Below, piece after piece: positions 9,983 to 17,088 of a stretch of 64,000 nt of DNA. The stretch is from NCBI GenBank assembly GCA_023139105.1, contig JAGLOF010000052.1, positions 13,825 to 77,824 of the forward strand, in the 5' to 3' direction. The notes below the pieces were generated by a model, which was not told the origin of the DNA, did not search any database, and was given only the letters and a program-made list of their open reading frames with translations. This stretch comes from a bacterium (GTDB taxonomy: Bacteria; Zhuqueibacterota; QNDG01; JAGLOF01). The translations under genes were made by a program, and so were the position numbers. How positions within the stretch are numbered: position 1 is the first letter of the stretch; each line of letters opens with the position of its first letter.

Positions 9983-11269
9983 CTATTTATCAAACAGCCC
10001 GGCACTCTTGGCGGCCAGGATTAATGACGTTGCTGCAGTGACAATACGCAGGTAATTGCCGAAACGTTGATCCCAGTTTAAATGAAGGTGAACAATGTCG
10101 CCGGGTTCAACCATAACATCTGCACCTGACTCGGTTTTACCTGTACGGCTGTGATATACCTTGACACCTGTGATGTTCCCTGAACGGAAATCACCACCGG
10201 CCATGCCTGCATATTCTTTGGCTGTCAGGTTGAAGACATATGGGTAGGCACCGGGCTGACGCACAGAACCTTTCACATATACGTATTGAGAAGGCAGTAT
10301 TATACGGTCGTTGGTTTCTAATATGAACTTGAGATCGTATGTATCACCAATTTGAAAGGGATACAGGTACACATCCGTACCCTCAGTCTGCCGGATTACC
10401 AAAATTTTAGAGAGATCGGAATTCCGTTTTAACGCCCTTATGCGCTGTAGAAAAGTAAGCAGAGTCTCACCTTCGAGAATACGGTATGATCCTGAAGATT
10501 CCTGATCTGCTTCAACTTTAACCAGTTCGGCATTTAACCCAATGGGTGGTATGAAAATAATATCACCGCCTGTAACAAAGCTATCTGTATTTAAATTTCC
10601 TGTCAGCTCAAAGGCGTTAAGGTTGAAAATGCTTTTTGTGCTGTCTGTATGCCTGATCTCTATGCCGCCTTTCCAGGCACGCTCGGTAATGCCGCCGGCA
10701 AGAGTAATCATTTCCGAGATACGGTCAACTGCTCTGGCTATGTATGTACCGGGAAACTGTACTTCACCTACAACATGAACACGGAAAAAACGCAAGGCTT
10801 CCAATGACAGGCTGAGTTTGCTTCCTGCATAGACAGGTTGAGCCATATCAAGAACTTTGTTTCGGGCTTTTGTCAGTGTCAGTCCTGCAACATTAATTTC
10901 ACCAACCGATGGAATCAGCAGCTTGCCTTCAGGAGAGACCTGCAGTGGCAATTGATGCTCCAGTGCACCCCAAATATTGAAACTGAAGATGTCTCCGGGG
11001 CCGACAATGTATTTATTGGCATCCACAGCACCTTCCAGGGCTTCAACTTCTCCAAGCCGTTCCCGGAGCTTTATCTGTCTGTTACGTTGCCAGGCATTAA
11101 ATTCATCTCCGGTCATTTTATCAGCTTCAAACAGCTTTGAAAAGTCAACAGCCTTAGGCAAGCTGGATTGTTTTTCACGAACAGTCTGCGTTTCATCAAT
11201 GAGCTGGGCTATACAACTGCCGGCAGCTACTAAAAGCATCAGGCTGATTATCAGCTTTTTCAGTCTCAC
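9983..11269 (-). CDS. Polysaccharide export protein (Wza-like, Poly_export plus repeated SLBB domains)
   Basis: 428 aa with a GTG start. Signal peptide MRLKKLIISLMLLVAAGSC (possible lipobox). YIVGPGDIFSFNIWG...PEGKLLIPSVGEINVAGLT matches the Poly_export signature. GDII/GDIV repeats are SLBB-like. Confidence 0.8.
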   Translation of the reverse strand: MRLKKLIISLMLLVAAGSCIAQLIDETQTVREKQSSLPKAVDFSKLFEADKMTGDEFNAWQRNRQIKLRERLGEVEALEGAVDANKYIVGPGDIFSFNIWGALEHQLPLQVSPEGKLLIPSVGEINVAGLTLTKARNKVLDMAQPVYAGSKLSLSLEALRFFRVHVVGEVQFPGTYIARAVDRISEMITLAGGITERAWKGGIEIRHTDSTKSIFNLNAFELTGNLNTDSFVTGGDIIFIPPIGLNAELVKVEADQESSGSYRILEGETLLTFLQRIRALKRNSDLSKILVIRQTEGTDVYLYPFQIGDTYDLKFILETNDRIILPSQYVYVKGSVRQPGAYPYVFNLTAKEYAGMAGGDFRSGNITGVKVYHSRTGKTESGADVMVEPGDIVHLHLNWDQRFGNYLRIVTAATSLILAAKSAGLFDK

Positions 11270-11292
11270 TTGCAGTATTCCTCGGTTTGTCT

Positions 11293-12603
11293 TTATGCCT
11301 TAACTATTTTGTCTCTGCCTTCAGTTACATCTTTAGTTGCATTTCGTGTATCTACAACCAATTGAGCGTGTTTGACAATAAAATCATAGTCATAAATGCT
11401 GTGTGCTGTTGAGATAAAGACCACATCATATGATGCCAGGTTTTCAGGAGTCAGTTCAACCGACTCCATATCATAGCTGTATTTACGAACCTTGGGCATT
11501 ACAGGAATATGCGGATCATTATAGTCAACTTCGGCACCTCTGTCTTCAAACAGATGAATCAATTTCAATGTGGGGCTTTCACGCATATCATCAACGTCTT
11601 TTTTGTATGCGGCGCCAAGCATTAATATCCTTGCACCCTTAAGAGCTTTATTCCGTTCAGAAAGTGCCTGCATCACCTGCTCAACAACCCAGTATGGCAT
11701 GTATGTATTAATTTCACCTGCAAGTTCGATGAAACGCGTGGGCATATCATATTCCTTGGCCTTCCAGGTCAAGTAGAAGGGGTCAATGGGAATGCAATGG
11801 CCGCCAAGGCCGGGGCCGGGATAGAATGGCATAAAACCGAAAGGCTTTGTCGATGCAGCATCTATTACTTCCCATACATCAATGCCCATACGGTCCATTA
11901 TCATCTTCATCTCATTTGCCAGTGCAATATTGATGGATCTGAAAATGTTCTCCAGCAGCTTGGTGGCCTCTGCTGCCTGGCTGGAGGAGACTACGACGGT
12001 TTGTATAATAACGGCATCGTACAAAGCTTTGGCTATGCTGCGGCTTGCATCGTCATTTGCGCCTACTACCTTGGGGATAGTCCTGGTTGTAAAGTTTGGA
12101 TTGTTAGGGTCTTCACGTTCAGGGCTGAAGGCAAGGTAGAAGTCTTCTGCATATTTTAATCCTGAGGTCTCTAGAATAGGTTTCATGACCTCCATGGTTG
12201 TGCCTGGCCATGTAGAAGATTCCAAAACAACAAGCTGGTTTTTGCGCAGGTATGTTGCAATTGTTTCCGATGTGTTCTGTATATATGAAAGATCTGGCTG
12301 TTGATGTTTGTCCAGCGGAGTTGGTACTGCAACTACAATACAATCGGCCTCGGGAAGTCTGGAGAAATCCGTTGTACAGTCAAAGAGCCCTGTAGCATTC
12401 ATGGCAGAAATTCTATCATCGGAAATATGTTTAATATATGTTTTACCGGATTTTAAGGCTGTGATTTTGTGCTCGTCAATATCATAACCTATGACCTTAT
12501 AACCTTCTTCGATATATTCCAGCAACAACGGAAGACCTACATAGCCAAGGCCTATCATGCCAATTACAGCATCTTTGTTCTCAATTTTTAATTTGAGGTC
12601 CAT
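11293..12603 (-). CDS. Nucleotide-sugar dehydrogenase (UDP-N-acetyl-D-glucosamine 6-dehydrogenase, WbpA/TviB-like)
   Basis: 436 aa. GMIGLGYVGLPLLLEY Rossmann motif, GYDIDEHKITALKSGKTYIKHI, and catalytic GGHCIPIDP. Confidence 0.85.
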   Translation of the reverse strand: MDLKLKIENKDAVIGMIGLGYVGLPLLLEYIEEGYKVIGYDIDEHKITALKSGKTYIKHISDDRISAMNATGLFDCTTDFSRLPEADCIVVAVPTPLDKHQQPDLSYIQNTSETIATYLRKNQLVVLESSTWPGTTMEVMKPILETSGLKYAEDFYLAFSPEREDPNNPNFTTRTIPKVVGANDDASRSIAKALYDAVIIQTVVVSSSQAAEATKLLENIFRSINIALANEMKMIMDRMGIDVWEVIDAASTKPFGFMPFYPGPGLGGHCIPIDPFYLTWKAKEYDMPTRFIELAGEINTYMPYWVVEQVMQALSERNKALKGARILMLGAAYKKDVDDMRESPTLKLIHLFEDRGAEVDYNDPHIPVMPKVRKYSYDMESVELTPENLASYDVVFISTAHSIYDYDFIVKHAQLVVDTRNATKDVTEGRDKIVKA

Positions 12604-12616
12604 TGAGCTCTCCCTA

Positions 12617-13621
12617 TTAATGCGATTGTTTATATTGCTGACGGTAGTACTCTAAATACTCACCGCTTTTGATTTTTTTCCACCATGTCTCGTTATCCCT
12701 GTACCATGCCACGGTCTCTGCCATGGCATCTTCAAAGGTGTGGCGGGGTGCCCAATCAAGTGTCTTGATTTTAGAAGTATCAAGAGCATAACGTCTGTCA
12801 TGGCCCAGGCGGTCTTCCACATAGGTCATCAAAGATTCGGGTTTGCCCAGATCTTTGAGGATTAGCCCGGTTATTTCCAGGTTAGTCTTTTCATTGCCTG
12901 CACCAAGATTGTAGACCTCTCCATCGCCCCCACGTTCCATAACAGCTTCCACGCCTTCACAATTATCCACAACATAGAGCCAGTCACGTACATTAAGACC
13001 GTCACCATAAATAGGAAGGGACTTGTCTTCAATAGCATTTGTTGTAAAGAGTGATATTAGTTTCTCAGGATACTGATATGGACCAAAATTATTAGAGCTT
13101 CTGGGGATTACTACAGGTAGTTTATAAGTGACGTAATATGAATAAACCAGTCTGTCGGCTCCGCATTTGGATGCGGCATATGGGCTGGATGGATTCAGTG
13201 TGTCGGTTTCATTAAAGAATCCGTTTTCAGTTGAACCATATACTTCGTCAGTGGAGATCTGTACAAATCTGTCGATACTGTATTTGCGGGCGGCTTCAAG
13301 AAGTACAAAAGTGCCGAATACGTCGGTCTGTATGAAATCATCCGGGCTCCCTATGGAGCGGTCAACATGGCTCTCTGCGGCAAAGTTGACGATGATATCT
13401 ACTTCTTTAACCAGGGGATCAACAATAGATGCATCGCAGATATCACCTTTTACAAAACGGTATCTGTCATCTTTTTCAATATCACGCAAATTATCAAGAT
13501 TGCCTGCATAGGTCAGTTTGTCAAGATTGACAATTCGAATATTACTGTGTTTATTAAGCATGTACCGGATAAAATTACTGCCTATAAATCCGGCACCGCC
13601 GGTTACGAGTAGAGTGCGCAT
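12617..13621 (-). CDS. rfbB: dTDP-glucose 4,6-dehydratase
   Basis: MRTLLVTGGAGFIGSNF..., YAASKCGADRL (YxxxK), HDRRYALD. I placed the start at ATG 13621. The 19 extra residues of the longest ORF (MFSVFSVV...) are a translation of a 9-bp tandem repeat. Confidence 0.92.
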   Translation of the reverse strand: MRTLLVTGGAGFIGSNFIRYMLNKHSNIRIVNLDKLTYAGNLDNLRDIEKDDRYRFVKGDICDASIVDPLVKEVDIIVNFAAESHVDRSIGSPDDFIQTDVFGTFVLLEAARKYSIDRFVQISTDEVYGSTENGFFNETDTLNPSSPYAASKCGADRLVYSYYVTYKLPVVIPRSSNNFGPYQYPEKLISLFTTNAIEDKSLPIYGDGLNVRDWLYVVDNCEGVEAVMERGGDGEVYNLGAGNEKTNLEITGLILKDLGKPESLMTYVEDRLGHDRRYALDTSKIKTLDWAPRHTFEDAMAETVAWYRDNETWWKKIKSGEYLEYYRQQYKQSH

Positions 13622-13657
13622 GGAGTAATCCTGTTTGTAATTTGAGAGCAATGAAAC

Positions 13658-13684
13658 CACAGAAAACACAGAAAACACGGAAAA
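13658..13684. repeat. 9-bp tandem repeat: CACAGAAAA x2 plus CACGGAAAA
   Basis: Read directly from the sequence. It lies in the 167-bp spacer between the RmlC-like gene and rfbB. A second 9-mer pair (GTATTCAGT x2) is at 13714-13731. Confidence 0.9.
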
Positions 13685-13788
13685 GGGAGTTGCATTTTTT
13701 TAAGCCACTTCTGAGTATTCAGTGTATTCAGTGGTTAATTTTTTCCGATCCCGGTATCTTTAAATAATCGTAGAGCAATCTATACGAG

Positions 13789-14256
13789 TCAGCCCATCTT
13801 GATGCCCCAGTCGTAGGGTACATCGGGAGAATCAAAGTCCAGCCTGTGTTCGTCAGGAAGTTTATAATTATATGCCTCTGTAACGCAATTAACGGCAATG
13901 GCCTCTGTCTCGCTGATACATTTCCACCCATGATATACGTGATGTGGAATATGTACAAGAAGCGGTTTGTGGTCACCCAGAAAAAATTCATTAACTTCAC
14001 CGCATGTAGGCGAATCTTTTCTGTCGTCAAAGAGTACAAGCTTGAGCATGCCTTTAACTACAGTAACGTTGTCGTCTTGCAATTTATGATAGTGCCATGC
14101 CTTTATGACGCCGGGATAGGTTGTAGTCATATAAACCTGTCCGAAGCGTTCAAATTGATCATCATCCACTCGTAATATTTCCATGAGTCTACCCCGTTCG
14201 TCCGGTATAACACTCAATTTTTTTGTTGTAACGCCTTCTATCATTACAGTCTCCAT
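13789..14256 (-). CDS. RmlC-family cupin (dTDP-4-dehydrorhamnose 3,5-epimerase-like, short form)
   Basis: 155 aa. IPDERGRLMEI, KAWHYHK, DDRKDSPTCGE, IPHHVYHGW and DSPDVPYDW follow the RmlC pattern. It is shorter than canonical RmlC, so the exact activity is uncertain. Confidence 0.7.
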   Translation of the reverse strand: METVMIEGVTTKKLSVIPDERGRLMEILRVDDDQFERFGQVYMTTTYPGVIKAWHYHKLQDDNVTVVKGMLKLVLFDDRKDSPTCGEVNEFFLGDHKPLLVHIPHHVYHGWKCISETEAIAVNCVTEAYNYKLPDEHRLDFDSPDVPYDWGIKMG

Positions 14257-14303
14257 GTATAAACTTTAAGCTAGTAAAATATGTATGTAAAATCAATTAT
14301 TAA

Positions 14304-14867
14304 TTATGGATTACATGGCGCAGGCGGTGCATTTTCATCATAGTCCTGGCGTAATATGGCATATATAAGTTGATCCATGATCTGTCCGTTCTTAACAACG
14401 CTTTTTCTAAGACGCCCCTCTTTGATAAATCCTGTTTTTTTAAGAACACAACGTGTGGCTTGGTTGGACTCAAAGATATTGGCCTGAATTCTATTTAAAT
14501 TTATTGTTTCAAAGCCATATTTTAACAGTGCCCGTACAGCTTCTGTGGCTATTCCCTGTCCCCAGAAAGGCTCACCCAGCCAGAATCCAATTTCAGCTGT
14601 CATCCGGCTTACATCTCCTTGCAGGTTAAGACCAATACCGCCTATGCATTCATCTTGCATGACAATAGCAAAATAAGCTTCAACCGGTTGGTGCTCCACA
14701 AAATATAGCCAGGCTTCTGCGTTAGCCAAGGTGTATGGATTGGGAAACATATCTCTGAGCATACCGGCAACGCGAGGATTATTTGCATATTTAACCAGGG
14801 ACTGGCCATCATAATGACGGTAGCTTCTGACAATGCAATTATCAATTGAAATTGGAAGTTGAATCAT
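14304..14867 (-). CDS. GNAT family N-acetyltransferase (RimJ/RimL-like)
   Basis: IGFWLGEPFWGQGIATEAVRALLKYGFE is an acetyl-CoA binding motif. The preferred start is ATG 14867 (MIQLPISI). The longest ORF starts at TTG 14936. Confidence 0.8.
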   Translation of the reverse strand: MIQLPISIDNCIVRSYRHYDGQSLVKYANNPRVAGMLRDMFPNPYTLANAEAWLYFVEHQPVEAYFAIVMQDECIGGIGLNLQGDVSRMTAEIGFWLGEPFWGQGIATEAVRALLKYGFETINLNRIQANIFESNQATRCVLKKTGFIKEGRLRKSVVKNGQIMDQLIYAILRQDYDENAPPAPCNP

Positions 14868-15039
14868 ATACCTGTTCTTTTTCTGTTTACGAGAATGTAT
14901 AAAATAAGGAAAAAAGCGGGGAATGGCAAGGTACAAATCGTTTTGGTCGGGTCTTTCTCAAAAGTAAAAACAGTGCATTATCACTGTTATGTAAATTTAA
15001 TGAAGTCCTGACAAAAAAACAGGGATGACAAAAAATTTA

Positions 15040-15172
15040 GCAACGAACAAAACGAACAAGACGAACAACAAAAAATATAATTAGAAAACAAAAATATTCT
15101 AGGTTATTCGGTTTCACATCTTTTTTTGCAAATCCTTATATTTGGTTCTCTCTTGTTCGTTTTGTTCGTTGC
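15040..15172. repeat. Perfect 22-bp inverted repeat (GCAACGAACAAAACGAACAAGA / TCTTGTTCGTTTTGTTCGTTGC) separated by 89 bp
   Basis: Arms at 15040-15061 and 15151-15172, checked base by base. The left arm is embedded in three tandem 9-mers ACGAACAAN (15043-15069). It lies in the divergent region between locus 1 and the T9SS cargo gene. Confidence 0.95.
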
Positions 15173-15357
15173 CAATCTCTATATCTTTTTCTCTTCCAAC
15201 CAATTATGCATCATATGTATTTGTGCCATTTAATGAGATTACTGATTATGTTAAATGGTGGGTGTGGGGGGAGACAGAAAAAAATAATTTTGTTTCTTCA
15301 CTTTTCTTATTTATCTTTTTAAAATAAAACAAAAACAGGTAAACCTCAAAAACTCCC

Positions 15358-15385
15358 TTGACAAACAATCTCAAAGGTGTATAAT
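15358..15385 (+). promoter_or_regulatory. Sigma-70-type promoter: TTGACA, 16-nt spacer, TATAAT
   Basis: TTGACA at 15358-15363 and TATAAT at 15380-15385, about 65 nt upstream of ATG 15450, which is preceded by AAGGAGG. Confidence 0.5.
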
Positions 15386-15449
15386 AAAAACAGATACAAA
15401 TTTTTCACAAAACGTGCAATAATGCACAAAAATACAAAGGAGGTACAAG

Positions 15450-16823
15450 ATGAAAACGCAGAAATTAAGTTTCGCACTCTTCCTGATGTTATTTACCTCC
15501 CTTGTTGCGCAAGACGTAACAAATCTGGAGTTAAAGCAATATTATGGGAATGACGTGACAGATGGAGCTGTGGTGGGGATTGCACAAGACCCTTACACTG
15601 GCAATATTTTTTTTAATGCTGAATGGCATGTTGGTGTTATTGATCTCAATGGCAATCACTTAAATAATTTTAATGTCGGTAGCCCGACAAGCAGAGTCTT
15701 TTTTGAAGACCAGTCAGCTTATGCCATATTGTCTGATGGTACTGCCGAAACCAAAACAGACAACTTGGAGTGGACCAGCAATTTTTACGTTTCTGGTCAA
15801 CATTTTCAGACCTTCAATCCGTTTATTGCTGGTGTCAAAAACAATGACACCTTCTGGATGTGTTCAGGAACACTTAGTCGAAGCACGTCAAAAGCAGGCG
15901 GCCTGTTTGAATTTGATTCACAGTCTGCTTTGGTCGCTAGTTACACCATTATTAATGGCCAATTTCCTGCAAACCAAATCATTGTCTGCTTGTTGGATTC
16001 CATCAGGAATCAACTGTGGATTGGTACGGATCTTGGACTATTGGTGTTTGATTTTAATACCAAGACATCTGAGTGGGTCATTAAGGATGGATACTGCAAT
16101 TCATTGGCTTGGAGCTATGACAAAACTGAAATCCTCACTGTTGTGGAATATGATCAAAAATATGAAAACACCCCCACCTTTTTTAAAGTAAACCCCGATA
16201 GTCGCTCCTTCAGTATTGAAAGTGGAAATGAAGTAGGCCTTTCTTTATGTAAGTCTATTGCCGAAGATCGATTCGGTAATTACTTCTTTGCAAATGGGCG
16301 TGACGCTTACAAAGAATTACCGCCAGGTGAAGTTCCATTGGTAATTCTCTCTAATGAAAATTGGTTCAGATTAGATGATGACTTTAATGTAATTCCATAT
16401 CATCAGATGACAGATCGCACAGTTCATCCTACTGGTGGATTGTTCAGCCTTACTATTGCTGAAGATGAAAAGATTTGGGCCGGTGGTCTAAACGGGATAT
16501 ATGTACTTGATTATGGAACTAGCGCTGTTGAAGAAGTAGTTATTGATTCTCAACCAGAAGGTTTCACTCTCAGCAAAAACTATCCCAACCCATTTAATCC
16601 GCAAACCAGTATTGAGTTTTCATTACCAAAATCTCAGCACGTAAACTTGACCGTTTTTGACATTAACGGGCGTGCTGTTAAAGTATTGGTTGATGAATTT
16701 CGATCTGTAGGAATATATCAAGTTAGATGGGTTCCAGAACCTGATGTTCCGAGTGGAACATACTTATTTTATTTAATAACTGAAACCAGGACAAGTGTTG
16801 TTAAAACAATTTTTATCAAGTGA
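15450..16823 (+). CDS. Secreted protein with a T9SS (Por) C-terminal sorting domain
   Basis: 457 aa. Signal peptide MKTQKLSFALFLMLFTSLVAQ. The C-terminus NYPNPFNPQTSIEFSLP...VNLTVFDINGRAVKVLVDE...GTYLFYL is the type A T9SS CTD signature. The body has LWIGTDLGLLVFD propeller-like repeats. Confidence 0.85.
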   Translation: MKTQKLSFALFLMLFTSLVAQDVTNLELKQYYGNDVTDGAVVGIAQDPYTGNIFFNAEWHVGVIDLNGNHLNNFNVGSPTSRVFFEDQSAYAILSDGTAETKTDNLEWTSNFYVSGQHFQTFNPFIAGVKNNDTFWMCSGTLSRSTSKAGGLFEFDSQSALVASYTIINGQFPANQIIVCLLDSIRNQLWIGTDLGLLVFDFNTKTSEWVIKDGYCNSLAWSYDKTEILTVVEYDQKYENTPTFFKVNPDSRSFSIESGNEVGLSLCKSIAEDRFGNYFFANGRDAYKELPPGEVPLVILSNENWFRLDDDFNVIPYHQMTDRTVHPTGGLFSLTIAEDEKIWAGGLNGIYVLDYGTSAVEEVVIDSQPEGFTLSKNYPNPFNPQTSIEFSLPKSQHVNLTVFDINGRAVKVLVDEFRSVGIYQVRWVPEPDVPSGTYLFYLITETRTSVVKTIFIK

Positions 16824-16843
16824 CATTCAAGACACTTGACATT

Positions 16844-16881
16844 CAACACCGGGTACGTGCCTAGGCACGTACCCGGTGTTG
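16844..16881. terminator. Perfect 38-nt palindrome (CAACACCGGGTACGTGCCT|AGGCACGTACCCGGTGTTG); putative bidirectional terminator or protein-binding site
   Basis: 19+19 nt perfect dyad centred on CCTAGG, 21 nt after the stop of the T9SS cargo gene. No U-tract follows, so the terminator function is not assured. Confidence 0.45.
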
Positions 16882-16906
16882 GATGTGTACAAATGCTCCT
16901 TATTTA

Positions 16907-17029
16907 CTCGTTCCTACGCTCCGCGTGGGAATGCTCTATACTGACGCTCCAGCGTCTTGTTAAAACTCAGGAAAATGACGCAGAGCGTCAGGACATGCGT
17001 TCCGTTCCCACGCAGAGCATGGGAACGAG
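16907..17029. repeat. Two inverted copies of a GC-rich hairpin-containing REP/MITE-like repeat
   Basis: Copy A is at 16907-16956 and copy B, inverted, at 16977-17029. They share CTCGTTCC-YAYGCTCYGCGTGGGAA...CTGACGCTCYRGCGTC. Each contains small hairpins, for example GTTCCCA-N9-TGGGAAC at 17004-17026 and GACGC-AGA-GCGTC at 16977-16989. Confidence 0.75.
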
Positions 17030-17049
17030 AAGAAAGGTTGAAATCAGAA

Positions 17050-17072
17050 CCCTCACAATAATAGTGTGAGGG
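17050..17072 (-). terminator. Hairpin terminator for the Mrp operon
   Basis: CCCTCACA-7 nt-TGTGAGGG, 17 nt downstream of the minus-strand stop at 17089. On the minus strand it is followed by a moderately U-rich tail. Confidence 0.5.
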
Positions 17073-17088
17073 CTCTGGCAAGATAAGA

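Noticed and set aside
12617-13678. Longest-ORF start of rfbB (MFSVFSVVSLLSNYKQDYS...). Similar N-terminal extensions occur for folK (18818), purF (22514), the reductase (25029), rodA (36849) and lgt (38215).
   Set aside because: In each case the conserved family N-terminus begins at an internal start with a better RBS or a stop-start coupling to the upstream gene. The extra residues are unconserved; for rfbB they are a translation of the 9-bp repeat.
15673-16191. 172-aa alternative-frame ORF inside the T9SS cargo gene.
   Set aside because: It is fully nested in a gene with a signal peptide, a strong RBS and promoter, and a diagnostic C-terminal sorting domain. The alternative translation has no motif and no plausible start context.
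16836-17069. 77-aa ORF in the convergent intergenic region after the T9SS cargo gene.
   Set aside because: It is a read-through translation of the 38-nt palindrome and the two inverted GC-rich repeats. It has no RBS, and its apparent internal peptide repeats simply mirror the DNA repeats.
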